From NCBI GenBank assembly GCA_964611355.1, contig CAZSYD010000007.1, positions 1 to 64,000 of the forward strand: a stretch of DNA of 64,000 nucleotides, given 5' to 3'. Origin of the DNA: an uncultured Ignavibacteriales bacterium. GTDB lineage: Bacteria > Zixibacteria > MSB-5A5 > GN15 > JAAZOE01. Every line of letters starts with the position of its first letter. Position 1 is the first letter of the stretch. Position numbers and translations under genes: made by a program. The notes below the pieces were generated by a model, which worked only from the letters and a program-made list of their open reading frames with translations, was not told the DNA's origin and did no database searches. Positions 40,263 to 50,446 of the stretch are shown one piece after another.

Positions 40263-41654
40263 TTACTCAACGGTCCCAACCGATTCAGGTTCAGCTATCG
40301 ACAAACCCGCTTCGCGGCTGAAGTTTTTCTCAATGAAGGAGGTTTCAAATTGACCGGAAACGAAATCCGGATGGGACAGAATCAATTTGTGAAAATCTAT
40401 CGTTGTCGGGACGCCCTCGATTACAAACTCTTCAAGGGCTGTAAGCGTCTTTCCGATAGTCTCGGCGCGGTTTTTTCCCCGGACAATCAATTTGCCGATC
40501 ATGGAATCGTAGAAAACAGGAATTACATATTGGGAATAAGCATGCGTGTCAACCCGGACGCCTTGTCCGCCGGGTTGATGAAAAACGGTTATCTGCCCGG
40601 GCGCCGGACGAAATCCTCTGGATGGATCCTCGGCATTGATGCGGCACTCAATCACATGACCACGGAATTGTATATCCGACTGGGCCAGCTCCATCCGTTC
40701 ACCTGAGGCGATTTTTATCTGCTCGGCGACAATATCGATGCCGGTCAGCTCCTCGGTCACCGGATGTTCGACCTGGATACGGGTATTCATCTCCATAAAA
40801 TAGAAGTTTCCCTCGCCGTTGACTAAAAATTCGATCGTTCCGGCTCCGCGATAACCGACGGCCGCAGCCCCGAGAACAGCTGTCTCACCCATCCTTTTCC
40901 GCAGTTCATTATTGACTACCGGCGATGGCGATTCTTCGAGGAGTTTTTGGTGCCTTCGCTGAATGCTGCAGTCACGTTCGCCCAAGTGAATAATATTGCC
41001 GTAATGATCGCCGAGAATCTGTACTTCGACATGATGTGCCCTGGAGATTATTCTCTCAATATAAAGGGAACCATCATTAAAGGCGGCTTCGGCTTCGGCC
41101 CGCGCCATATTAAAGGCGGTTTCCAGCTCTTCCGGGGCAGAAGCAATCCGCATGCCTTTTCCTCCTCCGCCGGCCGAGGCTTTGATCAAAACCGGATACC
41201 CGATCTCCCCAGCTACCTGAGCGGCCTGGTCAATATCCCTGACCAGACCATTCGAGCCGGGAATCGTCGGCACGCCCGCTTCGCTCATCAACTCTTTTGC
41301 CCGTGCCTTGGCCCCCATTTGACGGATCATTTGCCCGCTCGGCCCTATAAAGGTAATGCCGCATTCCTCGCAGATTTCGGCGAATTCGGCGTTTTCGGCC
41401 AGAAAACCGTATCCCGGATGAATGGCGTCGGCATTGGTAACTTCGGCGGCGGCAATAATTCTTTTGGGGTCGAGGTAAGATTCAAGGGCCATCGGCGGCC
41501 CGATGCAGACATCCTCGTCGGCAAAACGGACATGCAAAGAATCACGATCGGCCTCGGAATAAACGGCGACCGTTTTTATTCCAAGTTGGCGACAGGCCCG
41601 GATTATTCTCAGAGCAATTTCGCCCCGATTGGCTATCAATACCTTCTTAAACAA
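40263..41654 (-). CDS. accC: Acetyl-CoA carboxylase biotin carboxylase subunit
   Basis: [25 protein letters not shown] and [10 protein letters not shown] motifs. Confidence 0.97.
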   Translation of the reverse strand: MFKKVLIANRGEIALRIIRACRQLGIKTVAVYSEADRDSLHVRFADEDVCIGPPMALESYLDPKRIIAAAEVTNADAIHPGYGFLAENAEFAEICEECGITFIGPSGQMIRQMGAKARAKELMSEAGVPTIPGSNGLVRDIDQAAQVAGEIGYPVLIKASAGGGGKGMRIASAPEELETAFNMARAEAEAAFNDGSLYIERIISRAHHVEVQILGDHYGNIIHLGERDCSIQRRHQKLLEESPSPVVNNELRKRMGETAVLGAAAVGYRGAGTIEFLVNGEGNFYFMEMNTRIQVEHPVTEELTGIDIVAEQIKIASGERMELAQSDIQFRGHVIECRINAEDPSRGFRPAPGQITVFHQPGGQGVRVDTHAYSQYVIPVFYDSMIGKLIVRGKNRAETIGKTLTALEEFVIEGVPTTIDFHKLILSHPDFVSGQFETSFIEKNFSREAGLSIAEPESVGTVE

Positions 41655-41818
41655 CGAAGTCCTCTATTTCAAGATGTATATAATAACCAATCAGGCACCG
41701 CTTTTCAATAAACAAATATATTTTGAAATATATTTTTTGAGGATATTAACCGGTGAAACGATTTTTTATCCGAATATAGTTCTCAGCGGAAACCGTAAAG
41801 TGCATTCTCAATAAGCCA

Positions 41819-42949
41819 TCACGGAAACGTATTTGCCGATGATTCCGAAACGTCAACACCGTCGCCGCCCCAACGGTCGGAGGCGCCGACGATACCTTTG
41901 ACGCGCATGTCGAAATCGTCAGGATTGGAGGCGTTTTTCATCGCCTCTTCAAGGCTGATATTACCCTGCTTGTACAGTTTCATAATCGCCTGATCGAATG
42001 TCTGCATACCATACTGGGAGCCGCTTTCAACCAGTTCGGGAATATTGACGAATTTGTCCTGATCGATAATGCAGTCCTTGACGGCGGCGGTGTTTATCAT
42101 GATTTCAAGGGCCGGAACCAAGCCGGGCATGTCATAACGGGTCAAAAGTCTCTGGCAGACGATCGCTCTTAGGGTACCGGCCAAAAGCAACCGGATTTCC
42201 TGGTGCTGGTGCGGCGGGAAAAATGAAATAATACGGCTTATCGTCTGGAGGGTATTAAGGGTATGCAAAGTAGTCATAACAAGATGCCCCGTATCGGCGG
42301 CAGTCAGCGCAATCGACATCGTTTCGAGATCACGAATCTCACCGATCAGAATTACGTCCGGGTCCTGGCGAAAAGCATGACGCAGGGCAGTGGCGAAGCT
42401 TTCTGTATCGCCGCCAATCTCGCGCTGCGCGATGATACATTTTTTATCCCTAAAGATATACTCAATCGGGTCTTCGATGGTCATGATATTGCTGGTGCAG
42501 GTATTGTTCATCTGCTCGATAATCGCCGCCAGCGTGGTCGATTTGCCGGAACCGGTGGTTCCGGTGATAATAATAAGCCCGCGGTTCTTTTCGGAAAGCT
42601 TCTTTACCGTATCGGGGATATGGAGTTCTTCAAAACTGGGAATACGCGTATTGACGGCTCGAAGAGCCAAACCGGTGGTTCCGCGCTGACGGAAAAGATT
42701 GATACGAAAACGTCCCAGTTTGGCTACCGACAGGGCCAGATCCATTTCGTTGCGCTTAAAAAACTTCTGCTGCTGCTCTTCGGTAAGAACCTGAGAAATT
42801 ATGGTTTGCATTACGTCAATAGAGAGGGGATCTGTTTCGATCTGCTGCAGAATGCCGTTGACGCGAATGTAAGGTCTCAGGCCGACTCTTAGGTGAAGGT
42901 CCGACGCTTTCCGTTTCAACATTTCGGTCAACATTTGTTTCAGGTTCAT
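41819..42949 (-). CDS. PilT/PilU-family type IV pilus retraction ATPase (second paralog)
   Basis: ASDLH, GTTGSGKST, TIEDPIE, RQDPDVILIGE, TGHLVMTTLH and GMQTFDQ; the AIRNLIRE motif is replaced by AVKDCIID. Confidence 0.92.
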   Translation of the reverse strand: MNLKQMLTEMLKRKASDLHLRVGLRPYIRVNGILQQIETDPLSIDVMQTIISQVLTEEQQQKFFKRNEMDLALSVAKLGRFRINLFRQRGTTGLALRAVNTRIPSFEELHIPDTVKKLSEKNRGLIIITGTTGSGKSTTLAAIIEQMNNTCTSNIMTIEDPIEYIFRDKKCIIAQREIGGDTESFATALRHAFRQDPDVILIGEIRDLETMSIALTAADTGHLVMTTLHTLNTLQTISRIISFFPPHQHQEIRLLLAGTLRAIVCQRLLTRYDMPGLVPALEIMINTAAVKDCIIDQDKFVNIPELVESGSQYGMQTFDQAIMKLYKQGNISLEEAMKNASNPDDFDMRVKGIVGASDRWGGDGVDVSESSANTFP

Positions 42950-42975
42950 CGGACCCTCCTTATGTTGCTGTCGGC

Positions 42976-43452
42976 CTATCCGGACGGGTCGATCAAAAAG
43001 AGGGTTTGACCGAACTCAACCGGTTGAGCATTTTTAATACACACCTTGACGACCCGGCCCGCCACGTCGGATTCGATTTCGTTCATCAGCTTCATCGCCT
43101 CGACGATGCAAACCACCTGTCCTTTATCGACATGCCGGCCCACATCCGTATATGGCTCAGCGTCCGGGGCTGGGGCGACGTAAAAGGTACCGACCATCGG
43201 TGATTTGACGGGGACGTACTTGTCTTCGTCAGTCTTTTGCTCACCGCCCGGCTCTTCCTGCGGAGAAACCGGCACCGGCATTCCCTGAGGCACAGCGACG
43301 TACTGCCCGGCAGGACTACCGCCGTTGCCGGAAGACGGGCCGTTGAGCCTCCGCGTGATCCGTACCTTTGTTCCCCATCTCGAAACTTCGAGTACGTCTA
43401 TATCAGATTCTTCGACCAACCGGATGAGATTCTTTATTGATTTTTCCTTCAT
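42976..43452 (-). CDS. accB: Acetyl-CoA carboxylase biotin carboxyl carrier protein
   Basis: SPMVGTFY and the EAMKLMNEI biotinylation motif. Confidence 0.97.
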   Translation of the reverse strand: MKEKSIKNLIRLVEESDIDVLEVSRWGTKVRITRRLNGPSSGNGGSPAGQYVAVPQGMPVPVSPQEEPGGEQKTDEDKYVPVKSPMVGTFYVAPAPDAEPYTDVGRHVDKGQVVCIVEAMKLMNEIESDVAGRVVKVCIKNAQPVEFGQTLFLIDPSG

Positions 43453-43497
43453 ATTCGACCCCAATTTATACAGATATAAAAAGGTAACCGCTACTGA

Positions 43498-44592
43498 CTA
43501 TAATTCCAACAAATTTTTGGGCGCTTTGTTCAAAACAGTACACCCTTTGGGACGGACAACCACATCGTCTTCAATCCTGACGCCGCCCCAACCGGATATA
43601 TACACGCCCGGCTCAACAGTTATAACCATATTGGTCTTAAGGATTTGTGTTCCCTTAGGAGAAACCCGGGGGCCAGCGTGGACTTCCAGACCGATACCAT
43701 GTCCTGTACCGTGGCCGAAGTTCTTCCCGTACCCGGATCGCTTGATGACATCGCGGGCAGCCTTGTCCACCTCGCGGGCATGAACCCCCGTTTTAACCTT
43801 GCGGATGCCCGCCATTTGAGCGCGAGCAACAATATCATAGATCTTCTTCTGCCGGGCGGTCGCTTTCCCGAGGACGACCGTCCGGGTAGTATCGGAGCAA
43901 TAGCCGTTGACCAGCGCTCCAAAATCGAAGGTAATAAATTCGCCTTTTTTAATCTTTTTCTCGGACGCCGTACCGTGGGGCATTGCCGACCGATATCCGG
44001 AAGCGACAATGGTATCGAAGGCTTCTCTTTCAGAGCCGAGCATCTTCATTTGATATTCCAGTTCGGCAGCTACTTCTTTCTCGGTCAAGCCGGGCCTTAC
44101 ATATCCAAGAATCCGCCCAAAAGCCTCGTCGCTAATCTTAACCGCGCCTTTTATGTTGGCTATTTCCCGGCTGTCCTTGCAAAGAGCCAGGTTTTCGAGC
44201 ATGTCGGAACAATCAATAAGAACGGCGTCGGGCAGTTTGGCGGCCAGTTGCTTTTTCTGATAAACGGTAAGCCGGTTGGCTTCGATGGCGATTTTCAGGT
44301 TTTTGGTGCGAGCTTCACTTATTTTTTCAAGCGAGGTTATCGGATCGCGGTCGCTGATAATTACCTTTGATCCCCGAATCTCTTTCCGGGCCTGGTCGGC
44401 GTAGCGGAAATCGGTAATGAAAGTCGAGGACTTGAGCGTAACGAACACCGCGCCGGTCGATCCGGAAAAGCCGGTCAGGTACCTGACCCCGGGCATCATG
44501 GTGGTATTGTCAATATCAAGTATCGCCACGAAGGCGGCATCGATATTTTCGGCAGCGAGATATTTTCTCAGCTTATCAAGGCGCGTTTTCAT
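43498..44592 (-). CDS. Xaa-Pro aminopeptidase (M24B family)
   Basis: RYLTGF, DFG...YCSDTTRT, HGTGHGIGLEVH, TVEPG and GVRIED motifs. Confidence 0.93.
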   Translation of the reverse strand: MKTRLDKLRKYLAAENIDAAFVAILDIDNTTMMPGVRYLTGFSGSTGAVFVTLKSSTFITDFRYADQARKEIRGSKVIISDRDPITSLEKISEARTKNLKIAIEANRLTVYQKKQLAAKLPDAVLIDCSDMLENLALCKDSREIANIKGAVKISDEAFGRILGYVRPGLTEKEVAAELEYQMKMLGSEREAFDTIVASGYRSAMPHGTASEKKIKKGEFITFDFGALVNGYCSDTTRTVVLGKATARQKKIYDIVARAQMAGIRKVKTGVHAREVDKAARDVIKRSGYGKNFGHGTGHGIGLEVHAGPRVSPKGTQILKTNMVITVEPGVYISGWGGVRIEDDVVVRPKGCTVLNKAPKNLLEL

Positions 44593-45218
44593 ACCTGTTC
44601 TTCCTTTATCCCAAGTTTTTTTTCGACTTCTTTAAGCTTTTCAGCGATCCGGCTGTTCTCGTTCCCGACCATAAGGCGACGATATACTTCGCCGGCGAGT
44701 TGATAGTACCCCTGATCGCAATAGATATCGCCGATAGTTTCAGTAACAAAGGCCGGCTCCTGAAGGGGCGTCTTTTGCTTTTTTGTGATCTTTTCTCTGG
44801 GACGTTTAAGCGTTAACTGCCTCGTTTGTACTGTTTCTTTTTTTTCGACAGAGCAATAAAGCCCGCCGCAACAGGGATCAATTTCTAACACCTGCCGATA
44901 ATAAGCCATAGCCGCCGCTTCCTCACCGTCGCGAAAGAAGATATCGCCAAGATGCTTCAAAGCCGCCAGATTGGCCGGATCCCGCCTGAGAATCTCAAGG
45001 AACTGTTCCCGCGCGCGTTCATATTGACCAGCCAGATAAAGCGAACAAGATAGAATAATCCGGCCGGACAATACGTCGGGTTCGTCTTCAAGCATACGAA
45101 GGCATAGCTCAACCGCTTTGGAATACTTTTCCTCGTCAAAGTATTTCCGAGCCAACGCGGGCCAGTACCCTTTGCGAGCCAGAGCCGTCGCGCTGTCATC
45201 TTTTACCGCCAAATCCAT
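44589..45218 (-). CDS. TPR repeat protein
   Basis: TPR-like helices and the C-terminal TETIGDIY.DQGYY..A..VY motif. Confidence 0.78.
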   Translation of the reverse strand: MDLAVKDDSATALARKGYWPALARKYFDEEKYSKAVELCLRMLEDEPDVLSGRIILSCSLYLAGQYERAREQFLEILRRDPANLAALKHLGDIFFRDGEEAAAMAYYRQVLEIDPCCGGLYCSVEKKETVQTRQLTLKRPREKITKKQKTPLQEPAFVTETIGDIYCDQGYYQLAGEVYRRLMVGNENSRIAEKLKEVEKKLGIKEEQV

Positions 45219-45229
45219 AACAATGAAAA

Positions 45230-45258
45230 ATGATAGCCACGGTCTGATTCCAAGTCAA
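45230..45258 (-). promoter_or_regulatory. sigma70-type promoter (very short leader before the TPR gene)
   Basis: TTGACT-17 bp-TATCAT ending 12 nt before ATG 45218. Confidence 0.55.
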
Positions 45259-45340
45259 GTCAAATCCCCGGACATTTATGGAAAGCTTTGCTAACTGACC
45301 CCTGATATATGTTTCGCTTGTAAGCGCGGCGATTTTTTTA

Positions 45341-45739
45341 TTACTCGCAGTAGATTCGGACTGTTTCCTTTTCGTCATCAACGTCGATGCTCATTTCCTT
45401 CAGGGCGTTCAGCACCTCGTTGAGCGAATCGGGATTCAGGCTGCGCACGTCGATATTTATTCCCTTTTTACCGAGAGCGCTGTTTATCTTTTCCCCGGCT
45501 TCACCGGGCAGGATCGACCCCAGCTTCATACCGGCTTTGACCAAAAGCAGCGGGACTTTAATATTGACTCTATCCCTTCCGCGGCCGGAGTCTTTCGGTT
45601 CAATCTCTATCCGCAGGTATTTAGGTTCCGATTTTGAGGTTGTTTTTGCTGTCGATTCAGTACCCGACTGACTCTCCCCCGACGATTCACTGATCGCTTC
45701 CAGAAGCCTCTCCGCTTCTTCAAGGCTGATTTTTTTCTC
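45341..45739 (-). CDS. SHOCT-like/YvlB-type protein, N-terminus lost in the gap
   Basis: Open frame from the gap edge: EKKISLEEAERLLEAI...PKYLRIEI...VNIKVPL...VRIYCE. Confidence 0.72.
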   Translation of the reverse strand, partial: EKKISLEEAERLLEAISESSGESQSGTESTAKTTSKSEPKYLRIEIEPKDSGRGRDRVNIKVPLLLVKAGMKLGSILPGEAGEKINSALGKKGINIDVRSLNPDSLNEVLNALKEMSIDVDDEKETVRIYCE

Positions 45740-45839
45740 NNNNNNNNNNNNNNNNNNNNNNNNNNNNNNNNNNNNNNNNNNNNNNNNNNNNNNNNNNNNN
45801 NNNNNNNNNNNNNNNNNNNNNNNNNNNNNNNNNNNNNNN
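45740..45839. other. Assembly gap (100 N)
   Basis: Run of N. Confidence 1.
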
Positions 45840-45857
45840 CTGCCAATCCTTAATCAT
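45840..45857 (-). CDS. Start of a gene entering the gap (MIKDWQ...), possibly DUF2089 family
   Basis: GGAG RBS + ATG ATT AAG GAT TGG CAG; DUF2089 genes commonly precede SHOCT-like genes. Confidence 0.4.
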
Positions 45858-46124
45858 ATTAATCTCCATATTGATTTACTTAACTATATATACGGTTATT
45901 TATTAATATGGTATTATATTCCAATCGGTTAGGGGGAAATGGGTTCGTTTTGTCATTTTTAGGGGTCCCATTATAATATTTCCCCCAGGGCATATAATAT
46001 AATCCACTAAAGCCCGGTAATTATGAAATAGTAGTAGCCTTGTAGCATTTCAGAAGGAAATTAAAAACCCGTTGTTCACTTCGCTCTGGGTGCGGCATTG
46101 CGCACTGCGTTTGATTGGGGGAAA

Positions 46125-46598
46125 TCAGATATTTCCAAGAATCCCACTCGTTGACCGGCCCGGAAGTAACTTGATGCGCCTTACTCTGCCGCCGTATGAT
46201 TTGACAAAATCGGCGCCGACGATTTGGCTGACTTTATAATCTGCGCCTTTGACAAGAACGTCGGGTTTGATCTGACGGATGAGTATCTCCGGTGTTTCTT
46301 CGGAAAAATAAACTATATAATCGACAAATTCCAGCGCCGATAAGACTCCGGCGCGGTCTGATTGTTTATTTATCGGCCGGTTTTTGCCTTTGATTTTCCC
46401 GGCTGACTTATCGGTATTGAGGCCGATTATTAAAATGTCTCCCATCGCCTTTGCTTTGGACAGGTAACTGATATGTCCCATATGAATAATGTCAAAAACG
46501 CCGTTGGTGAAAACGATTTTTCCGCCATGTTTGCGTATCCGGCTACAGAGATCGGCAACATCTCTGCGCGGAACGAGTCTTGATTTATACCTGCTCAT
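46125..46598 (-). CDS. rfaE2: D-glycero-beta-D-manno-heptose 1-phosphate adenylyltransferase (RfaE domain II/HldC)
   Basis: FTNGVFDIIHMGH, KGKNRP, LVKGADY and GRSTS motifs. Confidence 0.93.
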   Translation of the reverse strand: MSRYKSRLVPRRDVADLCSRIRKHGGKIVFTNGVFDIIHMGHISYLSKAKAMGDILIIGLNTDKSAGKIKGKNRPINKQSDRAGVLSALEFVDYIVYFSEETPEILIRQIKPDVLVKGADYKVSQIVGADFVKSYGGRVRRIKLLPGRSTSGILGNI

Positions 46599-47595
46599 AT
46601 TTCAACTTCGAGTTTTTTATAAACGCTTCTTTGAGAGCCTTTTTGGTGATGGTTGCCGTGCCGACTTCGCCGACGACGACGCCCGCCGCCTGGTTGGCGA
46701 TGACGGTCGCTTCTTCCGGAGAGGCTCCGGCTGCCACGGCCGAGACAAACGACGAGATAACCGTATCTCCCGCGCCGGTAACATCGTACACTTTTTTGGC
46801 GACGGTAGGAATCAACTTCATCTCTTCCCGGGTCTGAAAAAGGGCCATCCCTTTTTCGCCGCGAGTTATCAGAATCGAACGGGCTTCGAGTTTTTCCAGA
46901 AGTCCGTTGCCGACCGCCTTGAGTGTTTCTTCGTTGGTTATTCGCATTCCGTAGGCGAATCCCGCCTCGTGATGATTGGGCGTAATCAGCGAGACTTTTC
47001 TGTAAAGCGGAAAATTGACATCCTTGGGATCAATGGCGATAAAAATATCCTCGCGCAGGCAAAACTCAATCAGGCGCTCAAGTAATCTCTTCGTTATCAT
47101 CCCCTTGCCGTAGTCGGAGATAATCATTCCTTTGAGGGTTGACTTATGATATTCAAGCATCACCATCGCTTTATCTTCAAATTCCGCGGAGATATCGGTT
47201 TTTTGTTCCCGGTCGGCACGGACTACCTGCTGATTATGAGCGATAATCCTGGTTTTAACCGTTGTCGGCCGTCCCGTATCATGTATCAGGCCGCCTGTAT
47301 CGATACCCCGTTCGCGCAGGAGCCAGTCAACAGCGTCGGCAGCGTTATCGTTGCCGACCACGCCGATCAGAAGCGGCTTGTCTTCCAACCCGATGATATT
47401 GGCCGCCACGTTTGCCGCCCCGCCCGGCGTTGACGATTCCCGGTTAAGGCTCACCACCGGCACAGGCGCTTCGGGCGATATTCGGTCAACCGTTCCCCAA
47501 AGGTACTCATCAAGCATCAAATCGCCGACGACAGCGATTTCGTTTTCACCAAGATTATCTATGATCGAAAGCGCCCGCTTTCCGTCGATGGTCAT
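46585..47595 (-). CDS. rfaE1: D-glycero-beta-D-manno-heptose 7-phosphate kinase (RfaE domain I/HldA)
   Basis: GDLMLDEY...RISPEAPVPV, GGAANVA, SDYGKG and DVTGAGDT motifs. Confidence 0.94.
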   Translation of the reverse strand: MTIDGKRALSIIDNLGENEIAVVGDLMLDEYLWGTVDRISPEAPVPVVSLNRESSTPGGAANVAANIIGLEDKPLLIGVVGNDNAADAVDWLLRERGIDTGGLIHDTGRPTTVKTRIIAHNQQVVRADREQKTDISAEFEDKAMVMLEYHKSTLKGMIISDYGKGMITKRLLERLIEFCLREDIFIAIDPKDVNFPLYRKVSLITPNHHEAGFAYGMRITNEETLKAVGNGLLEKLEARSILITRGEKGMALFQTREEMKLIPTVAKKVYDVTGAGDTVISSFVSAVAAGASPEEATVIANQAAGVVVGEVGTATITKKALKEAFIKNSKLKYEQV

Positions 47596-47732
47596 CCCCG
47601 GCCTTTCCTGATTTTGGTTGACTTGACAGGTCAATATATTAGCTTTGATATAAAGCGCAAGCGATTTGGAAACCGGCGGCGTGTCGCAGCTTCCGCCACA
47701 GGTCAAAAAGGAATAATAATATTGGAGGATAA

Positions 47733-48041
47733 ATGAAACCGCAACAGCAGCGACTTAATATCGAGCTTGACGATAAGGCGGCCGAAGGGACTTATGCAAA
47801 TATGGTTATGATCGGGCATTCGCCGTCTGAGATAATTTTCGATTTCGTTCGGGTAATGCCCGGCATGCCGAAAGGCAAGGTATTTTCGCGTATCATTATG
47901 ACCCCGCCGCACGCCAAGATGCTTCTGAAGGCCCTGGAAGATAACATCAAGAAGTTTGAAAACCAGTTCGGCGAGATCAGGATTCACGGCAAGGAACATA
48001 AAAACATCGGTTTTGAAACTGCGGCCGAGGAAAGCGATTAA
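47733..48041 (+). CDS. DUF3467 family protein
   Basis: GGAGG RBS; AEGTYAN...HSPSEIIFDF...RIIMTPPHAK...FENQFGEI. Confidence 0.85.
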   Translation: MKPQQQRLNIELDDKAAEGTYANMVMIGHSPSEIIFDFVRVMPGMPKGKVFSRIIMTPPHAKMLLKALEDNIKKFENQFGEIRIHGKEHKNIGFETAAEESD

Positions 48042-48092
48042 TTCGACCCGGGCGTAGATTGGCCTGATCGGCTGAGGTCTTCGGAAGTAATA

Positions 48093-48268
48093 ATGGGCAG
48101 GCAAGAGATGGCGACGATTTCTCCTAATGCTCGCAACGTCAGGGAATGCCCCTTTTGCAGGGAGTTGATTGCCAAGTCGGCCACTCGATGCCCCCATTGT
48201 GGGCAGAATGTCTCCGTTCCCGTCCAAAGGCGGAAGCGTCCTTTCTGGATCGGCAACTTTATGATTGG
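48093..48268 (+). CDS. Zn-ribbon protein, truncated by the gap
   Basis: CPFC...CPHCG followed by a basic stretch and the start of a hydrophobic segment. Confidence 0.6.
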
Positions 48269-48368
48269 NNNNNNNNNNNNNNNNNNNNNNNNNNNNNNNN
48301 NNNNNNNNNNNNNNNNNNNNNNNNNNNNNNNNNNNNNNNNNNNNNNNNNNNNNNNNNNNNNNNNNNNN
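48269..48368. other. Assembly gap (100 N)
   Basis: Run of N. Confidence 1.
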
Positions 48369-49130
48369 CCGCATGCCGTCATGGGCAATTAACAGATCGG
48401 CCACTCCCGCCTTTTGAGCCATGACTAGAGCCTTTTCGGTATCGTAATCTTCTTCGAAATGAGTCAGGACTACCCGGCGGACGTTGTTTTCAATGACGGC
48501 GTACAGCAACGGGGCGATATCAATATGGGTCGATTCGATTATTAGGAGATCAAGGTTTTTAAGATGAGGCAAAATGTCTTTTTCGGAACCGAGATCGGCG
48601 GAATATAAAATCGATTTTTCATTAATCCTGATAAGGAAAGAATAGCTTTGCATTTTATTGGGCAGATTATATTCGGCTATAATCTCTTTATAGCCCCGCA
48701 GATGATTATTAAGAATCGGTAAAATGGTAATCCCGTCAGCTTCAATATCCGTTTCCTCTGAAACCGGCAGTAGGTTTATTTCAAATGGGAGCTTTTCCGG
48801 CAACAGGTATAGCGCCCTGAAATAACCCTTTAGCGGATCAATTACCTCCGCCGGTAAGTGGATATATATCTTTTCCCGGCGGTTTGCCAGGTACTGCACC
48901 TGGATATAAAGCGGCAGGTCGGATATATGATCCGGGTGAGTATGCGATATGAAGATTCTTTCCATGGCCAAAGGGTCAAAACCGGCTCGCCGAAACGCCG
49001 CCGAAACGCCGCCGCCGCAGTCAAACAGTATCAGGCGGCCGTCAACTTCAAGAACGTAGCCTGAATTAATACGCGCCGGTTGAGGCATCCCGGCCGACGA
49101 ACCCAGAATTGTAAAGGCGATTTTTGACAT
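48369..49130 (-). CDS. Metallo-beta-lactamase fold hydrolase (RNase Z-like), C-terminus at the gap
   Basis: ILGS, FDCG, SHTHPDH, SAD, EST, LTHF and AHDGM motifs. Confidence 0.88.
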
Positions 49131-49205
49131 GGTTTACTTCCTGCCCGGTCAAACGGCGTCAACGTTCAAATATTTTGCAAAAAATCGAATTCTTTTAAAC
49201 ATTCG

Positions 49206-49230
49206 GGAACCCTGCATCGTCTTAGACGTA
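49206..49230 (+). promoter_or_regulatory. ECF-sigma-type promoter
   Basis: GGAAC-N16-CGTA. Confidence 0.45.
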
Positions 49231-49235
49231 GAATA

Positions 49236-49341
49236 AACAGCAGTTAAGACAGAATGAAGGTTTAGCGCAAAACCTTCTGAATCTGACACCATCCTCTTAT
49301 CGTGATTTCCCTCCGCCCGGGCCCCCGCGGCCCGGGTTTTC
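49236..49341 (+). ncRNA. Candidate ~105 nt sRNA
   Basis: Upstream ECF-like promoter, internal hairpin, CU-rich stretch and a plus-strand terminator, with no ORF. Confidence 0.45.
49316..49341 (+). terminator. Intrinsic terminator (plus strand)
   Basis: CCCGGGCC-CCCGC-GGCCCGGG-TTTTCT. Confidence 0.7.
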
Positions 49342-49363
49342 TATTATGATCGAAATTCCAAAT

Positions 49364-50398
49364 CTATTTTCCCGTTACTTTTTCAACAGCCGCCGCCGCC
49401 TTCCGGCAATCCTCCTCGTCAACGTCAAGATGAGTCACAAAGCGAACGCGGTTGGGGCCGAAAGGAACGCACAAGACGCCTTCTTCGGCCAGTTTTGAAA
49501 TAAACCGGTCAACCGACATCTTTTCGGGATCAATGTCAACGACGACAATGTTGGTTTGAACCGTTTCCATATCAACCGACAGGCCCGGCAGTTGATTCAG
49601 ACTCTTCGCCAGATTACGGGCGTTCATATGATCATAAGCCATCCGGGTGATGTTGTTTTCGAGAGCATATATCCCGGCCGCCGCAAGTATGCCGACCTGC
49701 CGCATTCCGCCGCCGAACATCTTTCGAGTTCGGCGGGCTTTTTCGATAAATTCCTTGTTTCCCAGAAGTAATGATCCGACCGGAGCCCCCAGGCCTTTTG
49801 AAAGACAAACCGACACCGAATCGAAATACGACGCATATTTATCAAGCGAAACGGAGGCGGCCACATGGGCATTCCAGATACGGGCACCGTCAAGGTGCAT
49901 CCAGAGCCCGTGCTTATCGGCCACACCCTTTATCTCCTCAATAATGTTAATCGGATATATCGTCCCGCCCGCCCGGTTATGGGTGTTTTCAATGGAGACA
50001 ATCCTGTTACGGGGGCTATGAATATTCTGCGGCCGTATATTTTTCTCAATAAGCTCAGCCGACAGAATACCTTTTTTGCCTTCGACGGGATGGACAAGCA
50101 GCCCGGAAATAGCCGCAGGCGCAGCCACCTCGTAGTTGATTATATGGCTGCCCGTCTCGCAGAGAATCTCGTCGCCTCTTTCCGAGGCCGTGTACAGAGC
50201 CACCTGGTTGCTCATGGTGCCGGAGGCCATAAACAGAGCCGCTTCCATGCCAAGCATTTCAGCGGCCATCAATTCGAGCTTTTTAACGGTGGGGTCATCA
50301 CCAAAGACGTCATCCCCTACCACGGCCTCGGCCATGGCCCGCCACATTCCCGGCGAAGGGCGGGTTACCGTATCGGAACGCAAGTCTATCGGTTTCAT
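49364..50398 (-). CDS. ltaE: Low-specificity L-threonine aldolase
   Basis: DLRSDTVT, SGTMSN, ENTHN, HLDGAR, CLSKGLGAPVGS and GGGMRQ motifs. Confidence 0.95.
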   Translation of the reverse strand: MKPIDLRSDTVTRPSPGMWRAMAEAVVGDDVFGDDPTVKKLELMAAEMLGMEAALFMASGTMSNQVALYTASERGDEILCETGSHIINYEVAAPAAISGLLVHPVEGKKGILSAELIEKNIRPQNIHSPRNRIVSIENTHNRAGGTIYPINIIEEIKGVADKHGLWMHLDGARIWNAHVAASVSLDKYASYFDSVSVCLSKGLGAPVGSLLLGNKEFIEKARRTRKMFGGGMRQVGILAAAGIYALENNITRMAYDHMNARNLAKSLNQLPGLSVDMETVQTNIVVVDIDPEKMSVDRFISKLAEEGVLCVPFGPNRVRFVTHLDVDEEDCRKAAAAVEKVTGK

Positions 50399-50446
50399 AA
50401 CAGCCTAAAATTTCCAGTCGAAAATCAGGTTAAAAAATAAAATGAA

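Noticed and set aside
47703..49130. 475 aa ORF and other ORFs translated through N runs
   Set aside because: Artefacts of reading across the gaps; the MBL protein is nearly complete at the gap and the rest is antisense to DUF3467.
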